A stretch of DNA of 50,722 bases from a virus (Duplodnaviria; Heunggongvirae; Uroviricota; Caudoviricetes). Below, piece after piece: positions 19,417 through 28,134 of this stretch. Each line of letters starts with the position of its first letter. The stretch's first letter is position 1. Location: IMG/VR virus record IMGVR_UViG_3300032291_003166; one strand, written 5' to 3'. Both the position numbers and the translations under genes were made by a program. The notes beneath the pieces are model-generated. The model saw nothing but the letters and a program-made list of their open reading frames with translations, searched no databases and was not told the DNA's origin.

Positions 19417-21006
19417 TTAAATCAGCCAATTGATATCTTCCTGTTCTCCATTTCCGAGATCCATAGACCATGGATTATTTGCTCCATAATCATTAGGATT
19501 ATAACTACCTGCTGTACTTGGAAGATAATTAACTTTTCCTATACCTCCAAGCGAAGCACGAGTTAAATCCATAGCTGATTGACCAAATCGTAAAGCTGTG
19601 TCTCTTAAGAACATACCAATGCCAAAAGATATCACTAAGTCATCATTATATCCATCGCTAGCTTGGGCTTTACCATGTTTCCAAATAAATGTTCTTAGTT
19701 CTTCAAGTGTACGTCTTGATTGAATAACACAAGCTCGTTCACGCATGTATGATTCTAATTTAGCAATTAATAAAGGACGAGTTTTTAAAGAGTTAGTAAA
19801 ACCCGGTACTAAATTATTTTCATTCCTATTGATAAAATTATCCTGATTTATATTTGCTGTATCTGATTTAGATGAGTAGTATAGATTTTGATATCCTCTA
19901 TCAATAGCTGTTTGAATTGTGTCCCAACCTATGTTAGCGTTTTCAATTACTAATAAAGCTGTATTATACTCAGTAGCTAATGTAACTAATAAATGCCCAT
20001 AATCACGAGTACCAATTTGTCCTTTATATTCTGCTACTTGAGTTGCTGTTTCAACATCAATTACATGACATGCTGAAAAATCCTTTCCATCACCGCGTGC
20101 AACATCGGCTACTACTAAATAATTTTTTGTATAATCTGGATATTCCCAACGCCATAAATTACCATCAAATCCACCTTTATCAATAGGTTCAGCTTGGTAT
20201 GTTTGAATATACCAATTTAAAATATCTGGTTCAACTACTGTATCACCTGATGTACTAAAATCACAATCACATTCTTGAGCTGCGTTTCTAGGTCCTAAGA
20301 TAGCATCTTGTTCATCCCTCCATGTTTGGTTTCGTTCAGGGTGAACAGTCCATGGTAATTTAATAGCTGTAAATCCGTTTTTACCTTCTTCACCACCAAT
20401 AAATGCTCTATGAAACCAGTTACCTGTACCATACGGAGTTGATATAGCAATACATTGTCCTCCAGTTGCTAAGGTTTGTTGAGCAGAAGCAAAAATTTCA
20501 TCAATACCTTCAATAAATGCTGCCTCATCTAATAACAGTAATGAAACGGCTTCGGAACGACCTGCATCTCCTGTTGCACCTACAGCTTTAATTTGTGATC
20601 CATTTGCTAATTTAAGACTTAACTTATTATCCTCTATGGCTTTTAATTTAAGCCAACTTGGTAAGTTTTCATAAGCAAAACGTACTTTTGTGACCATGTT
20701 TTTAGCAGTTTCCTGCTTGGTCGCAATACAAAGTATGTTTTTGTCTTTTTGAAATATCATTAACCATAAAGCATAAGCTGATGATAATGTAGATATACCT
20801 AATTGCCTAGACTTATTTACTACGTTATACTTATTCTTTTGAAATTGGTATAATACACCTTCCTGGAATGGGTATAGATTAAATTGGATTCTTCCACGCT
20901 GTGGATGTTGGATCCAATAATATTTTTTCATAAAATAAACAGGATCTTGAGCACATTTTACAAACTCCTGTTTTATTATTTCTTTAATGTTCTGTTGTTC
21001 AGACAT
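19417..21006 (-). CDS. terL: Terminase large subunit (T4 gp17-like)
   Basis: KSRQLGIST Walker A, LLLLDEAAF Walker B, ISTPYG, and RNase H-like domain VADVARG...NDDLVIS. Confidence 0.96.
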   Translation of the reverse strand: MSEQQNIKEIIKQEFVKCAQDPVYFMKKYYWIQHPQRGRIQFNLYPFQEGVLYQFQKNKYNVVNKSRQLGISTLSSAYALWLMIFQKDKNILCIATKQETAKNMVTKVRFAYENLPSWLKLKAIEDNKLSLKLANGSQIKAVGATGDAGRSEAVSLLLLDEAAFIEGIDEIFASAQQTLATGGQCIAISTPYGTGNWFHRAFIGGEEGKNGFTAIKLPWTVHPERNQTWRDEQDAILGPRNAAQECDCDFSTSGDTVVEPDILNWYIQTYQAEPIDKGGFDGNLWRWEYPDYTKNYLVVADVARGDGKDFSACHVIDVETATQVAEYKGQIGTRDYGHLLVTLATEYNTALLVIENANIGWDTIQTAIDRGYQNLYYSSKSDTANINQDNFINRNENNLVPGFTNSLKTRPLLIAKLESYMRERACVIQSRRTLEELRTFIWKHGKAQASDGYNDDLVISFGIGMFLRDTALRFGQSAMDLTRASLGGIGKVNYLPSTAGSYNPNDYGANNPWSMDLGNGEQEDINWLI

Positions 21007-21026
21007 ATTTTATAATGTGGGTTGTA

Positions 21027-21034
21027 TATAAATA
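21027..21034 (-). promoter_or_regulatory. Putative late promoter box ATATTTATA (terminase)
   Basis: After a terminator, about 20 nt upstream of the ATG. Confidence 0.65.
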
Positions 21035-21052
21035 TATAATAAAAAAAGAAAA

Positions 21053-21070
21053 CCCGCAAGAAATTGCGGG
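21053..21070 (-). terminator. Rho-independent terminator upstream of the terminase promoter
   Basis: CCCGCAA-tttc-TTGCGGG followed by TTTTCTTTTTTT on the minus strand. Confidence 0.85.
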
Positions 21071-21123
21071 CTTTCAGGGCACTGTATCCTCGGGAGAAGA
21101 GAATATTGTTATTTTTTTAAATT

Positions 21124-21465
21124 TTATATTATTTTGGATAAATTTCTAATATCAAATCTTGGATCTATTTTGCTTGATATCCAGCCTCTATCAAAAAATC
21201 CTAATCCAGTATCTGTTGGTATTAAACCATCTAAATCATTGGTAGCAAAACCACCGCCAGTAATTTCTTTACCAAAATCTATATATAAAGCACCTTTTTT
21301 AGAATTTTTTCCTACTACAACACCTTCTAAACCTACTAATTCTTTAAATCCTTCACGATTATTAACTTTAACTTTATCACCAACTTTAAATTTATCTGAT
21401 AGGTTTTCTTTTAATAAAGATTTTATTTCTTCTTTAATTAATTGTTTTAATTCTGATTTTTTCAT
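21124..21465 (-). CDS. Hypothetical protein with MKKSELKQLIKEE leader and a KOW/SH3-like domain
   Basis: Leader shared with 29895..30365; FKVGDKVKV...GLEGVVVG. Confidence 0.7.
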   Translation of the reverse strand: MKKSELKQLIKEEIKSLLKENLSDKFKVGDKVKVNNREGFKELVGLEGVVVGKNSKKGALYIDFGKEITGGGFATNDLDGLIPTDTGLGFFDRGWISSKIDPRFDIRNLSKII

Positions 21466-21466
21466 A

Positions 21467-21880
21467 TTATTTTGTTATGTATAAATATGTTAAACCACCA
21501 ATAATAACACTTAATCCAAATTTATTATAAAATCCTTTAATTTTAGATTTTCTTAGATCTTTCTGTAAGTCGGCAGTCATATTTTTATAAGCTAATACTT
21601 GAGAATCATAGCTAGTAATCATTTGTTTCCATTGACCATCTTTAACTTCATATTGTTTAATAATAGAAGATTGAGTCCCAATTTTAGACTCTAGACCAGT
21701 AACTAATTCTAAAGTTGCTTTATGTTCTAATTTTAAACCATCATATGCAACTAAATCTTTAGCTATTAATTTTGCTACTTTAGCTGGTAGTACTACTACA
21801 CTATCTTTATTTGTAGCGGTCTGTGAAAAACTCACTAAGCTCAACATTGTTAAGCTTATCAACAGCATTAATTTTTTCAT
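21467..21880 (-). CDS. Secreted/membrane protein, outer partner of a spanin-like pair
   Basis: Signal peptide MKKLMLLISLTMLSLVSFS|Q, coiled coil and C-terminal hydrophobic segment. Overlaps the upstream gene by 74 nt. Confidence 0.55.
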   Translation of the reverse strand: MKKLMLLISLTMLSLVSFSQTATNKDSVVVLPAKVAKLIAKDLVAYDGLKLEHKATLELVTGLESKIGTQSSIIKQYEVKDGQWKQMITSYDSQVLAYKNMTADLQKDLRKSKIKGFYNKFGLSVIIGGLTYLYITK

Positions 21881-22148
21881 GTGATTGTTTTTTAATATTG
21901 GTAATTGTATTTTTTAAACTATCAGTTTTTTCATCTAAAACAGCTAATTCATGATTCATTGAATCTATTAATTCATCAGATTTTACTAATTCGATGTTTA
22001 ATGAATCAATTTTTACTTGAGCTGAATCGATTTGGGATTGATATTCTTTAATATAATCTGGTTGTGATGTAGTCCAGAAATAGTATCCAATAACTGCTGC
22101 CACTATGATAACAGCTATTGTTATAATTTGTTTTGGAGATATTTTCAT
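21807..22148 (-). CDS. Inner-membrane spanin-like (Rz-like) protein
   Basis: One N-terminal TM helix (IITIAVIIVAAVIGYYFW) followed by a long coiled coil. Confidence 0.55.
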   Translation of the reverse strand: MKISPKQIITIAVIIVAAVIGYYFWTTSQPDYIKEYQSQIDSAQVKIDSLNIELVKSDELIDSMNHELAVLDEKTDSLKNTITNIKKQSHEKINAVDKLNNVELSEFFTDRYK

Positions 22149-22149
22149 A

Positions 22150-22932
22150 TTATTTCTTTTTAGATTCTGGTGCTTGACGGCGTTGTAAATATGGACTAGA
22201 TGCTACTAAATCTTCAATACGTTTTTCAATATCAGCTTTTTTCTGCAATAATGAACTACTATCATTTTTAGTAGATGATAAATCATCACCACCTTTAGCT
22301 ATTTTTTTATTTTGTTTAATATTGCTTTCAACATTTCTTAAACGATCTTTTAAATCAAAGAATTTCATCATTTTATCATATTCTTCATCTGAAATCTCTG
22401 GTTTAATTACTGGTGCATCTTTCTTAAGTGTTTTTAAAAATCTTGCTTCTGCTTCTTCATCTGATTCTATAGATTTTGATGGTGTTTTTGTAGAGAATTT
22501 AGATTTACCAACTAAAAAATCTTCGGCATCACCTGCTTTGAAATATGTTTCTCCATCTTCATCCTCATCTGAAGGTACTTCAGCTTTAGCAGATGTTGCT
22601 TGCAATAATTGAGTTCTAATATCAGGAGTGAATGACCAGTTAACACCTGGTGCTGCACCTTTTTCAATATCACTTTTAAGTAATTCAATTTCCATAGGAT
22701 CTAAATTTTGTTCTTCACCTTTTTTAATAAAGAAATTGATTACTTGTTGTTTCCTATCAGTTTTAAAATCTGATGGGTTGTCAACTCTATCTTGTATTTG
22801 AGGAAAGTCAGGATTAAGTTTGTATAATTCTTTAGCTATACGAGCCATTTCGTTAACTGATGACTTAACTGGTACCTTAATTCTAATCTTACTTTCTGTA
22901 ATGAATTTTTTTAAATCGAAATTATCTGCCAT
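22150..22932 (-). CDS. Hypothetical protein with DNF-type leader
   Basis: MADNFDLKKFITE leader; 260 aa; preceded by a late box. Confidence 0.7.
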   Translation of the reverse strand: MADNFDLKKFITESKIRIKVPVKSSVNEMARIAKELYKLNPDFPQIQDRVDNPSDFKTDRKQQVINFFIKKGEEQNLDPMEIELLKSDIEKGAAPGVNWSFTPDIRTQLLQATSAKAEVPSDEDEDGETYFKAGDAEDFLVGKSKFSTKTPSKSIESDEEAEARFLKTLKKDAPVIKPEISDEEYDKMMKFFDLKDRLRNVESNIKQNKKIAKGGDDLSSTKNDSSSLLQKKADIEKRIEDLVASSPYLQRRQAPESKKK

Positions 22933-22949
22933 GTTTATATTTTTATGTT

Positions 22950-22957
22950 TATAAATA
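22950..22957 (-). promoter_or_regulatory. Putative late promoter box ATATTTATA
   Basis: About 17 nt upstream of the ATG at 22932. Confidence 0.6.
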
Positions 22958-22959
22958 TT

Positions 22960-23481
22960 TTAAGAAATAATATCCAATACAGTTTTTATTCTGTCTGATG
23001 TTGGACCAACTAATGTTACTAATTTTAATGGATGATAATCATTAAGTAATCTACGGATAGATTCATCTATTTGGTTTCTATATACTTTATTTGTTGTTCT
23101 TACACCATTATCTTCAATGTCTACACCTTCTGGTGATATATAAAATACTATATCGTATTCATTTTTTAGAGCCATCGCTGTATCAATATATGATTGTTTT
23201 TGATAATCAGGTATTGATTGAGCTTGTTTAGTAAAAGCACATACATCCCATATAGTACGATCAGTTAATACATTTTCTCGTAATACTTCAGTAGCTCGTT
23301 CAGCCAAAAATACTAACTGACCAGGCATTGTAGAGTCTGTATTTAATGGAATACCTAAATCTCTTAAATACTTACTACGTTCAGTAGCAATATAGTAATC
23401 TTTAAATTCAGGTAATTCTGCTAATGCTTTTACTAATGTAGTTTTACCTACACTCATTGTTCCTGTAAATCCTATTCTCAT
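22960..23481 (-). CDS. NadR/AAA_28-like P-loop nucleotide kinase
   Basis: Likely start MRIGFTGTMSVGKTT (Walker A) at 23481; TDRTIWD, YDIVFYI and DNGVR motifs. Confidence 0.8.
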   Translation of the reverse strand: MRIGFTGTMSVGKTTLVKALAELPEFKDYYIATERSKYLRDLGIPLNTDSTMPGQLVFLAERATEVLRENVLTDRTIWDVCAFTKQAQSIPDYQKQSYIDTAMALKNEYDIVFYISPEGVDIEDNGVRTTNKVYRNQIDESIRRLLNDYHPLKLVTLVGPTSDRIKTVLDIIS

Positions 23482-23482
23482 A

Positions 23483-23728
23483 TTATAATGAACTTTTAAA
23501 CATTGGATTTTTAGCTGGTGGAATACCATTTGTATCACGTTTAGCTTCTAACCATGAATCCTTAGTGTGTTTTTTACCACAAATCCAATATTCTGATTTA
23601 CCTTCAGGAGTAATAACTGCTGGACCATCCCAATTATGTAACGCTCCATTAAATAGATAAACAACAGTTCCATCCATTTTTAAATAACGTTTTGTTTCAA
23701 ACGGTCTTACTTTGCTTTTCTTAGCCAT
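23483..23728 (-). CDS. Small hypothetical protein with one LHxxDGPA repeat unit
   Basis: GALHNWDGPAVITPEGKSEYWICGK. Confidence 0.7.
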   Translation of the reverse strand: MAKKSKVRPFETKRYLKMDGTVVYLFNGALHNWDGPAVITPEGKSEYWICGKKHTKDSWLEAKRDTNGIPPAKNPMFKSSL

Positions 23729-23754
23729 ATTTCTTTATGTTTTTATTATATTTA

Positions 23755-23778
23755 AATATAAGTAATTAATTAAGGTCA
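23755..23778 (-). promoter_or_regulatory. Putative early/middle promoter TGACC-N12-TTATATT
   Basis: TGACC ttaattaattac TTATATT. Confidence 0.65.
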
Positions 23779-23782
23779 GATA

Positions 23783-24016
23783 TTACAAACCACATTCCAT
23801 TCTATATTGTCGATCATGATGTTCTACTTCTGAATAAACATTTAAGTTTAACCAGGTATTATTCCACGTGTTATGGAATAAGTATTGTTTTGTTTCTTCA
23901 GCATCCCAAGCTTTACAAAATTCATACTCTTCTTGAGTTAATACCTCTACGGTATTAATTAATCTTTGATATTCATTATGGTCTTGTGTTGCGTTATAAG
24001 TGTCTTGAGTCATCAT
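23783..24016 (-). CDS. Hypothetical protein
   Basis: 77-aa ORF preceded by its own TGACC-N12-TTATATT box. Confidence 0.65.
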   Translation of the reverse strand: MMTQDTYNATQDHNEYQRLINTVEVLTQEEYEFCKAWDAEETKQYLFHNTWNNTWLNLNVYSEVEHHDRQYRMECGL

Positions 24017-24043
24017 ATATCTTTTAATTTCTTATTATATATA

Positions 24044-24067
24044 AATATAAGTAATTAATCGCGGTCA
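24044..24067 (-). promoter_or_regulatory. Putative early/middle promoter TGACC-N12-TTATATT
   Basis: TGACC gcgattaattac TTATATT; overlaps an ATATTTATA box. Confidence 0.65.
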
Positions 24068-25350
24068 ATTATTGATTCTGCTACATATATTCCTTGTGCT
24101 CCGGATACTGTAATACCACGTGCTGATAAAGCATCGCCTACAAAATGAACATTTGGAAATTCATTTAATGATAGATCTATATAATTAACTAATGGTTCTG
24201 GTGATAGATATTTTACCTCAGGAATGTACATTCCCCAATCATCTCCCATTTCAGGAAATACTTTAATCATATCATCAATAAAATTGAGAACATAATCTGC
24301 GTATTCACCCATTGCTTCTTTAAATAAATCTAATGAATCAGTAATTTTACAAGTTACTCTTGAATTTTCTGATGTATATGATGGAGTTCTAGTTTTAGAA
24401 TAAAATAATCCTGTTCCTTCAAATTGTAATTTTTCAACTACATCTCTACTCCATTTGAATGGATCTTCGATACCTTTAATTTCCATTAAGATACCGAAAT
24501 TAGTCATATTGTTTCTGTATTCTTCACCTTTTTTCGCATGACCATTGTAAGAATGATTTCCATAAGTTTCTTCAACAGCCACAAAGGCAGCATTGTTATT
24601 AGTACAAAAGCTACGAAGAGATACACTATCAAACTTCTGGTATAATTTAAAATCATACGATACATCAATTAATTTTTGGAAATATTTTTGTGGTGCTTCA
24701 AAACGCACTCCAATTTGAACTGATTTTGCTTCAGTCGGTAATACATATTGTTCAGCTAATTGTTTACCGAAATCAATTCCTGATTTGCCTACTGCAAATA
24801 TTAATTCATCATATTTTTCAAATACTGAGCCACTTTCATTTAGGAAAACAGATTGATATTCAAAATCAATATCTGTTACTTTAGTATTCCAAATAAATTT
24901 AACACCAGCATCAACTAAATATGAATACCATGTTTTAGCAATATCATGTAGATAATTTGAACCAATATGCCATACAGGAAACAAACGTAATCCAAAATAT
25001 GGTTTAATGAATTCTGGTTCTTCTTGAGGATCAGACATAAATATTTCTTCTGGTTTCGGATGGAAACGTCTAAAGTTACTAATAACTTGGTCCATTAATT
25101 CCATTGCTTTTTCTTCACCACAATATTTTGATAATTGACCTCCAATTTCAGTATGATATGTTAATTTACCATCTGACCAACCACCAGCACCTAACATACC
25201 TGTCATTACTTCCTCAGGTAAACGATTATGTGGATCATTTCCCATGTCAATAATTGTGATTAATTCTCCTGGATATCCATTATCCACTAATTTGGTAGCA
25301 GCGTTAATACCTGCTACACCCGCACCTACTATTACTATTTTTTTATCCAT
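24055..25350 (-). CDS. FAD/NAD(P)-dependent oxidoreductase (COG2509-like uncharacterised dehydrogenase)
   Basis: IVIVGAGVAG Rossmann motif, GAGGWSDGKL, AVGKSG and C-terminal FVGDALSARGI...AQG. Confidence 0.85.
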   Translation of the reverse strand: MDKKIVIVGAGVAGINAATKLVDNGYPGELITIIDMGNDPHNRLPEEVMTGMLGAGGWSDGKLTYHTEIGGQLSKYCGEEKAMELMDQVISNFRRFHPKPEEIFMSDPQEEPEFIKPYFGLRLFPVWHIGSNYLHDIAKTWYSYLVDAGVKFIWNTKVTDIDFEYQSVFLNESGSVFEKYDELIFAVGKSGIDFGKQLAEQYVLPTEAKSVQIGVRFEAPQKYFQKLIDVSYDFKLYQKFDSVSLRSFCTNNNAAFVAVEETYGNHSYNGHAKKGEEYRNNMTNFGILMEIKGIEDPFKWSRDVVEKLQFEGTGLFYSKTRTPSYTSENSRVTCKITDSLDLFKEAMGEYADYVLNFIDDMIKVFPEMGDDWGMYIPEVKYLSPEPLVNYIDLSLNEFPNVHFVGDALSARGITVSGAQGIYVAESIIDRD

Positions 25351-25820
25351 TCTGGTGTGTTATTTAATTTATTATAATTTAATTTTTTAATTGCTATTTT
25401 ATCTTTAATATAAAAATTTCTATATGCCTCTATTGTATTGTCCATTTTATATTCCTCAGGCATACATTGTGGAGGGTGAGTAAATGGAGTAGTTGGTATT
25501 TTACCTTCTAATAAAGATAAGTTATCTTTTACCCAAAGCAAAACCTTTCTAGAAGCATGATCTTTACCATACCTAATAACAAACTCATCACATATTTCTA
25601 AACCATGTTCAAGTAACCAATTTAAATTATTAATTGATTCACGAACCCATTTAGTTGATGGGTGATTATAATGAGCTTTTTTATATGGTGCTTCAAAACC
25701 ATAGTGCCAAAATGTAGTACATAACATTTGAGCTGATTCAAGTTGCATTTTTCGCACATGACCATCTACTAATTGTTTAGCTGCTACTTTTGGATCTTCA
25801 TCGATGTAAAATATATTCAT
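25335..25820 (-). CDS. Pyrimidine-dimer DNA glycosylase/endonuclease V-family protein
   Basis: MNIFYIDEDP..AAK.L.D.HV.KMQLESAQMLCT, HYNHPSTKWVRES, PPQCMPEEYK and IEAYRNFY. Confidence 0.78.
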   Translation of the reverse strand: MNIFYIDEDPKVAAKQLVDGHVRKMQLESAQMLCTTFWHYGFEAPYKKAHYNHPSTKWVRESINNLNWLLEHGLEICDEFVIRYGKDHASRKVLLWVKDNLSLLEGKIPTTPFTHPPQCMPEEYKMDNTIEAYRNFYIKDKIAIKKLNYNKLNNTPEWIKK

Positions 25821-25827
25821 ATAATTG

Positions 25828-25851
25828 AATATAACAAATTAATCTAGGTCA
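25828..25851 (-). promoter_or_regulatory. Putative early/middle promoter TGACC-N12-TTATATT
   Basis: TGACC tagattaatttg TTATATT. Confidence 0.65.
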
Positions 25852-25860
25852 GATAAATAA

Positions 25861-25886
25861 TGGCCCAGCATTTAAAATGCGGGCCA
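25861..25886 (-). terminator. Terminator hairpin after the 25954..26547 gene
   Basis: TGGCCCGCAT/ATGC-T-GGGCCA stem with one bulge, followed by TTATTT on the minus strand. Confidence 0.65.
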
Positions 25887-25953
25887 CTACTCCTAATTTT
25901 TTATTTAATCGAACAGGCAATGAATCTGTTCTATATGTTAGTCTTTGTAATAA

Positions 25954-26547
25954 TTAGTTTTCAGATAAACTACCAAATTGTGATGTTAAACTTTTACCAG
26001 CATTCATTAAAGCTTGTTTAATAGCATCTGTTTTAGATATTTCTGGATTATTTTTTATAATTTTATTATATTCTTGCTTAAGAGCTGCTGTAGCTGCAGC
26101 TAATATCCCAGCAGCACCAGTTGCTGCACCTGCAATTCCTGCCATTTGGTCTGGGTTTAATTCTTGCAAATCTGTTTTTGGTTTAGATAACGCTATAGGA
26201 TCACCAGGATTGATGTCATATAACATTTCCCAAAGTTCAGGATAAAGTTCATCTAACTTTTCATACATTAATTCCATTTGATCACTAAGTTGGATGTTTT
26301 TAGCAGCTTGGGCTAATTCATTATTTTCGAAATTACTAGCTACTAAAGCAAAATCTGCTCTATCTTCAGGACTAAATTGTCTTACTTTAGAAAAAGATTT
26401 AAATCTGTTGATAACAGCTTGTAATTTAGATGGGTCAATTGAAGATGATGTCATATCTTCATTTTGTAATGCTTCTTGATATTCGTTTTCAGTAATTAAA
26501 CCCGCAATACGCTGCATTTTAGCTATTTCATTAATTGGTTTTTTCAT
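25954..26547 (-). CDS. Hypothetical protein carrying a scaffold-like MQRIAGLI motif
   Basis: N-terminal KMQRIAGLITE resembles the scaffold C-terminus RMQQLAGII; Ala-rich hydrophobic segment near the C-terminus. Confidence 0.7.
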   Translation of the reverse strand: MKKPINEIAKMQRIAGLITENEYQEALQNEDMTSSSIDPSKLQAVINRFKSFSKVRQFSPEDRADFALVASNFENNELAQAAKNIQLSDQMELMYEKLDELYPELWEMLYDINPGDPIALSKPKTDLQELNPDQMAGIAGAATGAAGILAAATAALKQEYNKIIKNNPEISKTDAIKQALMNAGKSLTSQFGSLSEN

Positions 26548-26570
26548 TTTTTATTTTTAATTTTGTTATG

Positions 26571-26578
26571 TATAAATA
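26571..26578 (-). promoter_or_regulatory. Putative late promoter box ATATTTATA
   Basis: About 23 nt upstream of the ATG at 26547. Confidence 0.6.
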
Positions 26579-26585
26579 TATGATT

Positions 26586-28124
26586 TTATTTTAGGTCATC
26601 AAAACTTATTTCAGCACTTGATCCTTTTAGTTCATTATCTTTATATAATAATCCTTTACTAAATGATCTAAATTCAATACCAAATGCTTGTCCTATATGA
26701 TTTGAAAAAGCAAATATAGGTTCATCATCAGTTCCTATTAAATCATCAACATCGGTATATATTTTATAACAATTTATAGTTAATACTCCATTTTCTAAAG
26801 TATAATCATTATATCCTTCAAAATCTTCTTTAACTACTATTGTTTTAGGATCATCGTTACCAAATACAACATCATTAATTACTTCTGGTGGGGTATCTTT
26901 AATAACTACTTTAGATAATACTTTATTATTTTGTGGATCATAAAGTTTAAATTTATTTTTAGATCCTTCTACTGGTGTTAAACCTACATTTGGAAATTTC
27001 TTTTCTTTTATTTTCTCAATAAAATTCTTAAAGATATTAATTCCACCAATAAGTCTTGATTTTGAACTTTCCCATCTAACTGCATTTCTTTGTTTTAAAG
27101 AAATATTAGATAATACTTTACCTGATGGATCTAATAATTGAGCATCTGCTTTAGCAAATTGGGTTGCTCCTTCTACTGAACTGTCTCTACAACTAGCAAC
27201 ATTTTCTATTTTAATATTTTTGTTACTACTTTTAAGAATAACAGTTATAGGACCTCCATTTTCTTCAACATTATTATTAATTAAATCAAAAAATGAAGCT
27301 TCATTCTGTTTACCTGATGACTGAGCACCTTGTCCAGCTTTAGGTTTAACTAAAATCTGAATATTATCATCAGTTTTAAAACCACCTTGACCAGATCCTG
27401 GAATAGATAAATCTCTAGTGTATCCTAAGTCAGTAAGTTGTTTAAATACTTTAGGTCTTGGCTGGTCACTTAATAAAATTAAACGATTAGCAGCAGAATA
27501 CAAAATATCATCTTCACTAACACCAAGTTGTTTCATTAATTCTCTACCTACTTCTTGAGCTTGAGGAGATAATGAACTAAATGGTTTTTTAGCTTCTAAA
27601 ATTCGAAATTTTTTTTTTGATTCTGCTAATTCTTCTGGTGCTTCTTCTTCAGCTGGGGTTTCAGCTGCTGATGGTTCATTAGGATCGGTTTTTTCAGGAG
27701 TGGAAGCTAATTCTTCAACTGGTCCTTCAGCTTGTGGTGGAGTACCTAATGTTAATAAGTCAGCTATTGATAAAATAGCTAATTCTAACTCACTTATTTT
27801 AGATAAATAATATTTTTTACCACTTACTTTGGCTTCATATGTTTTACCCATAAAGGTTAAATAAAATATTCTATTATTGTGTAAAACAATTTTAAAGATA
27901 GTTGGTTTTGGAGCCATAATATATACTCCTGAAATGTAATCTCTAAAATCTTCAGTCATTAAATCGACTAAAGTTTTATTTAGTGAAGGATATTTTTGTA
28001 AAATAAACTCTAATGGGTCTGATTCAAATGTAATATCTTGAGTAGTAGTTACTTTAACAGATTGTTGATCCACTACTTCTTCTTCTTCATTAAGAGATTT
28101 ATTTTTTAAAATTCTAATTTTCAT
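26586..28124 (-). CDS. Two-part protein with a C-terminal PD-(D/E)XK-like nuclease domain
   Basis: GKQNE...AKADAQL...NISLKQ matches E...D...(S/E)xK nuclease geometry; acidic Pro-rich linker around aa 130-170. Confidence 0.55.
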   Translation of the reverse strand: MKIRILKNKSLNEEEEVVDQQSVKVTTTQDITFESDPLEFILQKYPSLNKTLVDLMTEDFRDYISGVYIMAPKPTIFKIVLHNNRIFYLTFMGKTYEAKVSGKKYYLSKISELELAILSIADLLTLGTPPQAEGPVEELASTPEKTDPNEPSAAETPAEEEAPEELAESKKKFRILEAKKPFSSLSPQAQEVGRELMKQLGVSEDDILYSAANRLILLSDQPRPKVFKQLTDLGYTRDLSIPGSGQGGFKTDDNIQILVKPKAGQGAQSSGKQNEASFFDLINNNVEENGGPITVILKSSNKNIKIENVASCRDSSVEGATQFAKADAQLLDPSGKVLSNISLKQRNAVRWESSKSRLIGGINIFKNFIEKIKEKKFPNVGLTPVEGSKNKFKLYDPQNNKVLSKVVIKDTPPEVINDVVFGNDDPKTIVVKEDFEGYNDYTLENGVLTINCYKIYTDVDDLIGTDDEPIFAFSNHIGQAFGIEFRSFSKGLLYKDNELKGSSAEISFDDLK

Positions 28125-28134
28125 AATTTACGTT

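Noticed and set aside
6628-21006. Inteins or group I introns in the gp13-like gene, MCP, portal or terminase
   Set aside because: No C/S...HN-C/S/T intein ends or LAGLIDADG motifs and no interrupted frames. The long gp13-like insert lacks splicing motifs.
21071-21110. GC-richer patch just upstream of the terminase-proximal terminator as an ncRNA
   Set aside because: Only 3-4 bp of pairing could be found, too weak to support without comparative data.
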